Shown here one piece after another: positions 27,805-35,806 of a DNA stretch of 64,000 nt. The notes below the pieces were generated by a model that saw only the letters and a program-made list of their open reading frames with translations, was not told where the DNA came from and made no database searches. The translations under genes were made by a program, and so were the position numbers. Numbering within the stretch: position 1 is the stretch's first letter; the number at the start of each line of letters is the position of its first letter. The DNA is from Candidatus Saccharimonadales bacterium. Lineage in GTDB: Bacteria; Patescibacteriota; Saccharimonadia; Saccharimonadales; SZUA-47. The stretch lies in contig JBGSRU010000009.1 in assembly GCA_041737385.1 (NCBI GenBank), positions 71,015 to 135,014 on the forward strand, read 5' to 3'.

Positions 27805-29011
27805 TATATTTTTTTGCTAAGTATACGAAGATGCCATTCGTCCATGCGAATCCAGTCTGAGAGGGATACAGACCTTCTGATGGTTTGAGAGTCGGGCTTG
27901 CGACATTATATTTTTCTAGAAATTCTCCGTTTTTTAGATACCAGTCGTTACAGGTTTTAAGCCATTTGTGCGTGATACGCACTGCTTCTTTTTTGTAGCC
28001 ATATAGTTCAAGCCCTTCAATCACGAAAAGATGGAGCGGCGCCCAGCCGTTTGGATAAGCCCACTGAGTTTTGGTTGAGCCAAATAGTTCGTGATACATA
28101 AAATTTCCTGCAGTTGTTGCTACACCGCCTGTCTTCTCAAATCTTGTAAGATTTTTAACTAGTTTCGCCGCTTGTTGCTTTGACGCTAGCCCGCTCCACA
28201 TGGCATAGTATCCCGCTAAAGACCATACGGTGCCTTGCTTTTTTTCGTGAAAGTTATAATCAAAAAAGAATACTTTTCGTTTGTGCCACATGAGCCTATC
28301 AACGACTTTTTGTCGTTCTTCGGCTATATATTCCCACGAGGCTGCTTCATCTGTTTCTTCTAAAATCTCAGCTGCCCTGCCAAAGTCTTTTTCATATTTG
28401 TATAACAAGCAGTTTAGATCAACGGGCAAGTAGTCTAAGCATTGGCGTTTAAATCTCGGTGTCATGTCCCAGCCGCTTTCAGCTTCTGCAAGGTCATGGA
28501 GATAGTTAATATCGTAGTATCTACTAAGCCCTCTATAGATATTGCGTTTATGTGGGTGATCTTTAGACATCCACACTTCGTTGTACTCTCTTTTCGCAAC
28601 ATCAATACGGCTTCTGAGCCATTTCTTAGACTTACCATATTTGTCGTAAACATGAAAAATAAAGGTGGTGAGAATCGGTGGCTGTGATCTACTTGTGAAA
28701 TAGTATCGGTTGCCGTTTGGAATCAGCCCGAACTCTTCAAACATATAAATAAGATTATCGAGCATACCAGTGACTAAATGTTCGTCGTCAATACCAAGAG
28801 AAGTAAAATAACTATCCCAGTAATATTGTTCTTCGAACGCAAAATGGTCGTTGCCTTGGCTTGGTACAACGTAAGGATGTGGCAAGCTTATGAGTGTCGC
28901 ATTTTTTGATGTATTTTTTCGTTTTAGCGTATGCCAATAATGATCAACATAGAATAATGCTTTTTCTATATCTGTCTGTGTGAGTTCCGTATATGTTTTT
29001 TCACCAATCAT
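27785..29011 (-). CDS. alpha,alpha-trehalase (GH37-like)
   Basis: The two trehalase signature regions are present: ...FEEQYYWDSYF... and ...QWAYPNGWAPL..., plus RSQPP. Confidence 0.85.
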   Translation of the reverse strand: MIGEKTYTELTQTDIEKALFYVDHYWHTLKRKNTSKNATLISLPHPYVVPSQGNDHFAFEEQYYWDSYFTSLGIDDEHLVTGMLDNLIYMFEEFGLIPNGNRYYFTSRSQPPILTTFIFHVYDKYGKSKKWLRSRIDVAKREYNEVWMSKDHPHKRNIYRGLSRYYDINYLHDLAEAESGWDMTPRFKRQCLDYLPVDLNCLLYKYEKDFGRAAEILEETDEAASWEYIAEERQKVVDRLMWHKRKVFFFDYNFHEKKQGTVWSLAGYYAMWSGLASKQQAAKLVKNLTRFEKTGGVATTAGNFMYHELFGSTKTQWAYPNGWAPLHLFVIEGLELYGYKKEAVRITHKWLKTCNDWYLKNGEFLEKYNVASPTLKPSEGLYPSQTGFAWTNGIFVYLAKKYITDEPS

Positions 29012-29054
29012 CTGTCACCTAGTGTAACTGGTGAGGAGGTGAATGTGTAGTTTT

Positions 29055-29294
29055 TTATATGCGGATTTTCTGAACAACGGCTCCGACTGCTCCAAAAGCA
29101 GCTTTAGCAATATGTCGTGATGCTTTTATGACCGGTAGTGCACCTCTTAATGCATCAAGTGGATGAACAACTCGTAATTCAGGCGATAACATCTCTACTG
29201 CTCCACGGTAGAATACGTCATGCATAATATGACCATTAGGTTCTGCATATCCATGACCATCTGCTAAAACTTGTGCTTCAATTGTTACACCCAT
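29055..29294 (-). CDS. hypothetical small protein
   Basis: 79-aa ORF from ATG at 29294, preceded by AAGGAAC. The track start at 29345 lacks an RBS. No family recognised. Confidence 0.35.
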   Translation of the reverse strand: MGVTIEAQVLADGHGYAEPNGHIMHDVFYRGAVEMLSPELRVVHPLDALRGALPVIKASRHIAKAAFGAVGAVVQKIRI

Positions 29295-29433
29295 TTTAAT
29301 GTTCCTTGTTTTAAAAATATATCTGTAATGTACGCTTATAATCATTAGAAGTATGTGAAATAGATCACACTATCCACATATAATTGACTAATAAATAATT
29401 ATGTAGTAAAATACTAATAAATTAGGAGATAAA

Positions 29434-29694
29434 ATGTTTGATTCTTTAAGAAACGCAGTACTCGAGTGGAATCGTTCGACAGACGATCGCCAAAAACTCC
29501 AACACAGTTACATCGTTGTAGCAATTGTGTCTCTACTTGCTGCTGGACTTGTAAGTCTTGTTGATTCAGAAACCGGCCAAGATTTACTCCTTATACCATT
29601 AGCTGCAGCAATCTTTTTTATAACTAATGCTGTTTTATGGAGCCTCGTTGAATCTGGACTTGTTGCACGCCTAACAAACCGCCGAAAACGATAA
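29434..29694 (+). CDS. small membrane protein (2 TM)
   Basis: Two hydrophobic helices and a basic C-terminus. RBS AGGAGA upstream. Confidence 0.5.
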   Translation: MFDSLRNAVLEWNRSTDDRQKLQHSYIVVAIVSLLAAGLVSLVDSETGQDLLLIPLAAAIFFITNAVLWSLVESGLVARLTNRRKR

Positions 29695-29719
29695 TCATCG
29701 TTAGTGTTATAGTGTTAGT

Positions 29720-29953
29720 ATGATTTTAATAGATGTTAGAACTGCTGAAGAATATAACGAAAAACACGCTTTAAACGCGATTAACTTGAGCTTACAAGAC
29801 ATCGAAAACGGTATAACCCCTGATGTACCGTTGTCAACAGAAATAGGAGTATATTGTAGAACCGGTGGTCGGTCTTCAGCCGCTCAACAATTACTAGCAG
29901 CTAAAGGCTTTTATAGTATTAAAAACTTGGGAGGCTTAAAAGACGTTCTATGA
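29720..29953 (+). CDS. single-domain rhodanese-like sulfurtransferase
   Basis: ...LIDVRTAEEY... and the active-site loop YCRTGGRS. Confidence 0.75.
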   Translation: MILIDVRTAEEYNEKHALNAINLSLQDIENGITPDVPLSTEIGVYCRTGGRSSAAQQLLAAKGFYSIKNLGGLKDVL

Positions 29954-30498
29954 GCAAAATCTCGCATGATAGCGAAACACCAGCAGACGGCAAACAAGTA
30001 ATTAGTGCAGTTGCCTTTATACATAGAAGCATGAATAATAAGTTCGAAGTCTTTTTACCAAAACGCGCAAAAACTAAAAAGTTTCTACCTGATGTCTTCG
30101 AAATGCCTGGTGGCCATATTGATTTTGGTGAAGATATTATAGTAGGGCTTAAGCGTGAAATCATGGAAGAATTTGGCATGACTGTACGAATCGGTGATCC
30201 ATTTGCATGCTTTACCTACATTAATAAAGTTAAGGGCTCTCACTCTATTGAAGTTATATATTTTGGTCAGTTTATAGACGAGCTAGAGAATATTACGATC
30301 AACCCTGATGACCATAGTGAGTTTGGTTGGTTCTCGAGAGACTTTTTAACATCTAACAAAGAGTTGATGCGTGCGAATGCCGAAGCAGCGTCAGTGAATA
30401 CTGACGAAGACGATCAGGACAGGGAATTAAATGCAATTTTGAAGGGCTTTGATTTGCTTGAAGGCCAAAACCCCAACACCGCTTCAGCTGTTAACTAA
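29950..30498 (+). CDS. NUDIX hydrolase
   Basis: Nudix box GGHIDFGEDIIVGLKREIMEEFG (GX5EX7REUXEEXGU). Confidence 0.85.
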   Translation: MSKISHDSETPADGKQVISAVAFIHRSMNNKFEVFLPKRAKTKKFLPDVFEMPGGHIDFGEDIIVGLKREIMEEFGMTVRIGDPFACFTYINKVKGSHSIEVIYFGQFIDELENITINPDDHSEFGWFSRDFLTSNKELMRANAEAASVNTDEDDQDRELNAILKGFDLLEGQNPNTASAVN

Positions 30499-30985
30499 CT
30501 TTTGTTAGGGCCTCTACTACTTCTACATTTGGTAATTTTCTAAGTTCATCGGGGCTAAGTATGATCTTCGTTGATCGATTGCCCCCACCCATGATAATTT
30601 GTTTGGCTTTCATGACATTTGCATCGATGTAGATCGGTATATCCTCAATACCAACTGCTGTAACGCCGCCTATCATCATGCCTGTTAGCTCAACTGTCGT
30701 TTCACCGTCGGCAAATGAGCACTTTTTGACACCCATTTTTTTACGAACGACGTTGTTGACGTCAAGCCGATCGATTGCGAGAACAACACACACGGCGTAG
30801 ACGGTTGGCTCTACTTTTCTACTAGTGACGACTAAAGTATTTGCGGACTCTTCTGGTTTGTATCCATATTTTTGACAAAACGTAGCAGTATCGGCGAGGT
30901 CAGGATTACATTCGATTATTCTATGCACAACACTGTATTTCTCTAAAGTTTGTTTCACTATAGGCAACAGCAAGTCTTTGCTCAT
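30491..30985 (-). CDS. YbaK/EbsC-type aminoacyl-tRNA deacylase domain protein
   Basis: ~160 aa with ...ANTLVV... and ...MIGGVTAVG... segments typical of the YbaK/ProX editing domain. Confidence 0.65.
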   Translation of the reverse strand: MSKDLLLPIVKQTLEKYSVVHRIIECNPDLADTATFCQKYGYKPEESANTLVVTSRKVEPTVYAVCVVLAIDRLDVNNVVRKKMGVKKCSFADGETTVELTGMMIGGVTAVGIEDIPIYIDANVMKAKQIIMGGGNRSTKIILSPDELRKLPNVEVVEALTKVS

Positions 30986-31046
30986 GAGACTAATACTAGC
31001 AAACCATTAGAGTAAAGTCGCCATAGCAGGTGTAGAATAAAGTAAT

Positions 31047-31997
31047 ATGAGTAAAAATAATAATGCGATCGTTGTTAAGGCTGTAACTAAACGGTTTGGT
31101 AAATTTACTGCGCTAAATGACGTTAGTTTACTAGCGCAAACAGGTAAAGTTACAGGGTTGTTAGGGCCAAACGGCGCCGGTAAAAGCACCCTAATTAAAG
31201 TCATGACGACACTGTTAATTCCGGAACTAGGTACCGTTAAAGTTGACGGAGTAGACATAGTTAATAATCCAACAGAAGCCCGCAAACACATTGGTCTTGC
31301 CGGGCAATATGCAGCTGTAGACGACTTCCAAACAGGCAGGGAAACATTAATAATGGTTGCAAGACTTTATGGAATGTCGGCTAAAAAAGCCAAGAAACGA
31401 GCAGTAGAACTGCTTGAAAGATTGGGCTTAACAGAAGCAGCTGATAGACAAACTAAAACTTATTCAGGCGGTATGCGTAGACGATTAGACCTGGGTGCAA
31501 GTTTGGTTGCTACACCACAAGTACTTTTTTTGGATGAGCCAACTACCGGTCTTGATCCTAGGACTCGTTTGCAACTTTGGGATATTATCCGAGATCTCGT
31601 TTCACAAGGAGTAACAATATTACTAACTACACAATATCTAGATGAGGCGGACGCATTATGTGACTATATTTATGTAATAGATAAAGGCAAAATGATAATT
31701 GAAGGTACCTCAGAAAAACTTAAAAGTAGTCTTGGTCAAGATGTTATTGAACTTAAATTGAGTCAAAAAGATCTTAGTAAAGCAAAAGCCCTGCTTGTAA
31801 AAACCATGGATAGAGAAGCGCTGATCGATGAATCTGTACGTAAAATAAATATGAAAACAAGTGCAGGTGCAGATGATCTTTTGAAAGTTGCTGAGACATT
31901 AAAAAAAGCAAAAATTACTATTGAAGAGCTTAGCCTCCACCGGCCTACGTTGGATGACGTATTTTTAGCAGTCACAGACGATTCGGGGGTAAAGTGA
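31047..31997 (+). CDS. ABC transporter ATP-binding protein (DrrA/ABC-2 type)
   Basis: Walker A GPNGAGKST, signature YSGGMRRRL, Walker B LFLDEPTTGLD. Confidence 0.9.
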   Translation: MSKNNNAIVVKAVTKRFGKFTALNDVSLLAQTGKVTGLLGPNGAGKSTLIKVMTTLLIPELGTVKVDGVDIVNNPTEARKHIGLAGQYAAVDDFQTGRETLIMVARLYGMSAKKAKKRAVELLERLGLTEAADRQTKTYSGGMRRRLDLGASLVATPQVLFLDEPTTGLDPRTRLQLWDIIRDLVSQGVTILLTTQYLDEADALCDYIYVIDKGKMIIEGTSEKLKSSLGQDVIELKLSQKDLSKAKALLVKTMDREALIDESVRKINMKTSAGADDLLKVAETLKKAKITIEELSLHRPTLDDVFLAVTDDSGVK

Positions 31998-32767
31998 TGC
32001 AAGGTATTAGCAACACAATGCAGATTGTGAAACGAAACGTTAGGCGTAATTTCCGTATCCCGCAGCTTTTAATTTTTAGCTCTATTCAGCCGATAATTTT
32101 CCTACTACTATTCAACTTTGTGTTTGGTGGTGCCGTCACTCAGGGTAGTGGCGACAATTCTACCTACATCAACTTTCTACTACCTGGGATTTTAGCCCAA
32201 ACAGCACTATTTGGAGCTATTCAAACTGGTGTTGGACTGGCAGAAGATTTAAACAAGGGTGTTATTGATCGTCTGCGAAGTCTGCCTATAGCTAGATATG
32301 CAGTTCTTGCTGGGCGGACAATTGCAGATGCAGTAAGAAATACGTTTGTAATAATTTTGATGTCAAGCGTTGGGTTTCTTTTAGGTTTCAGAATTCAAGA
32401 AGGTGTTTTTAATTTTGTTTTTGCTGCGAGCTTAATAGTTTTGTTTGCTTTTGCTTTTAGCTGGGTGAGCGCTGTTATTGGACTTTTACTAAAAGATTCG
32501 GAGACTGTGCAAGTGGCTGGTTTCTTATGGGTATTTCCACTTGTTTTTGCAAGCTCTGTTTTCGTTCCAGTTGAGACAATGCCATCATGGCTTCAGGTAT
32601 TTGCACGAAACCAGCCAGTCACCCAAGTCGTGAACGCAGTTCGTCACCTGACGCAGGGTAATGTTGCTGATGGAAATACGTATATTTGGATTACGCTACT
32701 CTGGATAACTGGTATCATTACTGTCTTCGCTCCTATCGCTGTATGGCGTTACCGAAAAATTCAATAA
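31994..32767 (+). CDS. ABC-2 type transporter permease
   Basis: Six hydrophobic helices. The start overlaps the stop of the ATPase gene (GTGATG). Confidence 0.85.
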   Translation: MMQGISNTMQIVKRNVRRNFRIPQLLIFSSIQPIIFLLLFNFVFGGAVTQGSGDNSTYINFLLPGILAQTALFGAIQTGVGLAEDLNKGVIDRLRSLPIARYAVLAGRTIADAVRNTFVIILMSSVGFLLGFRIQEGVFNFVFAASLIVLFAFAFSWVSAVIGLLLKDSETVQVAGFLWVFPLVFASSVFVPVETMPSWLQVFARNQPVTQVVNAVRHLTQGNVADGNTYIWITLLWITGIITVFAPIAVWRYRKIQ

Positions 32768-33289
32768 TTATACACCTGTTTTTGTTAACTCTGCAACATC
32801 TCCCAAGTTCCAAGGCAGCAGAGGCCTAAGTTCAGTCATATTAGATAGATATTCAAAGCTCCAAGATGCATGATTAATGTCGCTTATGTCAGATGAATTT
32901 AATATCGTCCAAGAAAAATTAAACGCTGAATCTACATATTTACCTACCACTGCAATAGGAGACTTTTTTATACCGTTAATATAATCTTCTTGAGTTTGTC
33001 CTTCTTTTTTATTCATTAAATCGGTAGCTTGAACAACAACGCGTGGAATTCCTTGCTCAAGTAAATCATCTAACGTAACTTCTGTATCCTCCGGAACGTC
33101 ATGTAGCAAAGCGCCTGCCACAAATAGTGCACCATATCCAAGACGTCTTACAATTTTGGAAACAGGGAAGACGTGCATTTCAAAATAGGATCCTTCTCCA
33201 AAAAAGTGTTCCTGTCCTTTATGCGCCTCTCTTGCTATTTCTGCGGCTCGTTCAATTAATACATCACCTGATAATTCTCTTTTTAACAT
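32768..33289 (-). CDS. HD-domain hydrolase (small RelA/SpoT-type hydrolase-like)
   Basis: ...AHKGQ... and ...LLHDVPEDT... are the H...HD...D pattern of (p)ppGpp-hydrolase-type HD domains. Confidence 0.65.
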   Translation of the reverse strand: MLKRELSGDVLIERAAEIAREAHKGQEHFFGEGSYFEMHVFPVSKIVRRLGYGALFVAGALLHDVPEDTEVTLDDLLEQGIPRVVVQATDLMNKKEGQTQEDYINGIKKSPIAVVGKYVDSAFNFSWTILNSSDISDINHASWSFEYLSNMTELRPLLPWNLGDVAELTKTGV

Positions 33290-33360
33290 AGATTCTCCAT
33301 CCTTTGTTGAAGGATATAGCAGAATTCGCTACATGTAAGTAAAAGTTTTTTTACTAAAAT

Positions 33361-34044
33361 CTAGGCTATAAAGACTGGAGTAGGGCGCGAATTTATAGTA
33401 TTGTCAGTATATTTTTTTATTTTATGGATAAGAACAGCTGATTTGTGAGTATACTTTTCTATTTCGCTCCATGGCTTCCAGTAATACTCCCTAGCTCCAT
33501 CCGCTACTAAAGGTTCAAATTTTTCTACGACGCAAACGCTAATACAAAAAAGACTTCTCATAGTCTTAGTGTCTGAGTAGGTGATTTTAATCTGTGTGAA
33601 GCCAAAATCAGTTTGCTTTAACAAGCAACCCTCAGGAATAAAGTCAGTAATAGTATTTTCGATTTGTTCGCTCACATCAAGGTCGTTCTTATAATAGTTC
33701 GAAGGAAGCAGATAATCGTTAATTTGAGCTTTGAACTGGCCTGTGCGTTGACCAATTAGATAGTTGCTGTCCTTGTCGCGGATTACGAGAATAATATTAA
33801 CTCGGAGTGCCTCTGGGTAGCTCATAGACAATCCGCTATCATTCAACCAGCGTGAACCCTCAACTGTAAGTGAGTAGCCAAGTTCTGATTTTTCAACAAT
33901 GTTTTGAGCGATAAGCTGATTTAAATGGTAGCTAAACAAACTGTTTTCTATAGTTTTATCTTTTAACGACGTATAAGTAACTGGCAGTTCGCTAGTCATT
34001 AGCTTTTTGATTATTGCTAACTGTATGTGATGGTTAATGTTCAT
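33361..34044 (-). CDS. hypothetical protein with N-terminal winged-helix-like region
   Basis: The N-terminal ~70 aa resemble a wHTH (...IIKKLMTSELPVTYTSLKD...LNQLIAQNIVEKSELGYSLT.EG). The C-terminal domain is unassigned. Confidence 0.45.
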   Translation of the reverse strand: MNINHHIQLAIIKKLMTSELPVTYTSLKDKTIENSLFSYHLNQLIAQNIVEKSELGYSLTVEGSRWLNDSGLSMSYPEALRVNIILVIRDKDSNYLIGQRTGQFKAQINDYLLPSNYYKNDLDVSEQIENTITDFIPEGCLLKQTDFGFTQIKITYSDTKTMRSLFCISVCVVEKFEPLVADGAREYYWKPWSEIEKYTHKSAVLIHKIKKYTDNTINSRPTPVFIA

Positions 34045-34098
34045 TAATTATCACTATACGTCACTTCAACGAAATAAGCATAAGTTTAAAATTAAAAA

Positions 34099-34116
34099 CC
34101 TCATCTTACGATGAGG
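34099..34116 (-). terminator. rho-independent terminator on the minus strand, 9 nt after a ...GCTCCACCA sequence
   Basis: The minus strand reads CCTCATC-GTAA-GATGAGG followed by TTTTTAATTTT. Confidence 0.65.
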
Positions 34117-34504
34117 CATTTAATTTGGTGGAGCATCTACTGAATAATTGGCACCTTATTGAGGAAGAACTGAGGTTATGGTATGATCTTTTGCCTCGTA
34201 AGGGCACTCTCATAACCTGTTAACTACTCACTGTTAAGTAAGGCACCTGTCTCAAGTAACTGCTTCCGCCCTTCAACTGTCCAATAACAGACATTTTACC
34301 AATCTACTTGAGGGTATCTTAAATTAAACAGTTTCTTTGAAATTATTCTCGTTACTAAGCTTTATTGTTGTTAAATAAATGGAGTTAAATGATATATTGG
34401 TATGTTTTTTACTGCTTGAATTTAATACCTAAAATCATTATTAAAAAAGTCTTCGAGTTTAAATTTGATTAACTTCTTTCACTTACTTATTTTTGTATAG
34501 TTCT

Positions 34505-34526
34505 TGACCCACCTTTGACCCACCTT
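34505..34526. repeat. perfect tandem duplication of an 11-bp unit (TGACCCACCTT x2)
   Basis: Read directly: ttcTTGACCCACCTTTGACCCACCTTtaca. It lies just downstream of the XRE gene stop. Confidence 0.8.
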
Positions 34527-34543
34527 TACACAACCCAAGCAAA

Positions 34544-34771
34544 CTATAATTTCTTGAACAATTCTTCTAAACTTATATTTAACGATCTAGTGATTTTGTA
34601 GAGTGTACTAAGTGTAGGCCTTCTTCTTCCTTGCTCAATAAATCCTAAATGTGAGCGATCAATACCACTGTCACTCGCGAGTAACTCCTGAGACATGTTT
34701 TTATTTCTACGATACTTTACAATTCGGGCACCGATTTCTCTATAAAGCTTGTCAATATTTGCAGTAGACAT
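34544..34771 (-). CDS. XRE family helix-turn-helix regulator
   Basis: MSQELLASDSGIDRSHLGFIEQGRRRPTL HTH core in a 75-aa protein. Confidence 0.8.
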   Translation of the reverse strand: MSTANIDKLYREIGARIVKYRRNKNMSQELLASDSGIDRSHLGFIEQGRRRPTLSTLYKITRSLNISLEELFKKL

Positions 34772-34872
34772 ACCTTCAGACTAATGATTACATATGTAAG
34801 TAACCACTGACATTTGTCATCATTCATTTTAACCGATATAATGCAACTATTAGTTAACTAAGGAGACGAGAA

Positions 34873-35445
34873 GTGAACAATAAAATACTAGGTTGGATAT
34901 TTGCTTCCGTATCAATACTCTTTCTAATTTTTGCAATTACCTATCAACCAGGCGGAAACGAAGAGGTTTCTACAGCTACCCAGACAGTATCGAAAGGTTC
35001 TCATGATAGTTCAAAAGTAAACGAATCACCCTCAAACAATTCACAAATAAAAACCGATAACTATAAATACTTAACTGGATTTACTTTTAACTCAAGTATA
35101 TCGGAAGGACTCTACAGCTATACGACTTCTGAAAAAGGGAATCAGTATTCAGTTTCTCTAAATACTAAGGCTCAAGAAAGTTCTGGAATCCATGATGAAA
35201 GCTACCCTTTAGAAAGGACAAAAACTAACATAGGAAGCTCTCAAATAGAATATGGGTATAATGAAGATTTTTCTATTGAAGACGAAGTGCTAACTCCAGC
35301 ATATTCTTCTATTTCATTCGACATGACAATCAATAGCATTAGCTATACGGGCGAAATTACTAATTTACTGTCTGAAGCGTCTAAACAGCCACTATATGAA
35401 ATATTAGTTAGGCTAACAAAATCAATACAAGTTAGTTTAGAATAA
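34873..35445 (+). CDS. membrane-anchored/secreted protein of unknown function
   Basis: GTG start after AAGGAGA. N-terminal TM/signal anchor (ILGWIFASVSILFLIFAI), then a Ser/Thr/Asn-rich domain. Confidence 0.5.
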   Translation: MNNKILGWIFASVSILFLIFAITYQPGGNEEVSTATQTVSKGSHDSSKVNESPSNNSQIKTDNYKYLTGFTFNSSISEGLYSYTTSEKGNQYSVSLNTKAQESSGIHDESYPLERTKTNIGSSQIEYGYNEDFSIEDEVLTPAYSSISFDMTINSISYTGEITNLLSEASKQPLYEILVRLTKSIQVSLE

Positions 35446-35496
35446 TTATTTGACTATGAATGGGTTCAGGTAATACTATGATCTAAGCTGTTCATG

Positions 35497-35538
35497 AGAC
35501 CAACACGCAAATGTAATGTTTTCTGTTGGTCTTTTTTG
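35497..35538 (+). terminator. rho-independent terminator
   Basis: 9-bp stem AGACCAACA / TGTTGGTCT followed by TTTTTTG. Confidence 0.6.
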
Positions 35539-35732
35539 ATCCACGGCATCATTCTAATGATGGTTTCGAGGTCAAATAAGTGCCTGAGAATATAAGTAAA
35601 AATCCAACAAAACAAGAGCTACTAGAGATAGCTAATTTTTTGTATGAAAGATATGAAAAGAAGAAACAAAAAAATGGTATTAAAGATAAACAAATGAATG
35701 GATGACATGCAATCAATCATAAACACAATATT

Positions 35733-35789
35733 ACTAAAGACGATTTCTTATATCGTTGCATGCGGTCCATTCAAGAAATCGTCTTTAGT
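35733..35789. repeat. perfect 17-bp inverted repeat in the integrase 5' leader
   Basis: ACTAAAGACGATTTCTT (35733-35749) and AAGAAATCGTCTTTAGT (35773-35789) are exact reverse complements, separated by 23 nt. The repeat ends 17 nt before the ATG at 35807. Confidence 0.85.
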
Positions 35790-35806
35790 GAGTAAGGTGT
35801 TTTTGT

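Noticed and set aside
34135-34330. SRP RNA, RNase P RNA or T-box leader in the structured region. The minus strand contains GAAGGGCGGAAGCAG and ends ...GCTCCACCA before a terminator.
   Set aside because: The helix-8 GNRA tetraloop/AGCAGC arrangement cannot be drawn. No GAGGAAAGUCC/ACAGAACCCGGCUUA-type RNase P motifs and no T-box sequence are present. The CCACCA end is better explained as the displaced tmRNA terminus.
35580-35705. 41-codon GTG-initiated ORF upstream of the second integrase (PENISKNPTKQELLEIANFLYERYEKKKQ...), considered as a counterpart of the 47-aa ORF before the first integrase.
   Set aside because: It has a GTG start without a clear RBS, and the similarity to the first small ORF (..NKPELILEL.. 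versus ..NPTKQELLEI..) is too weak to call homology.
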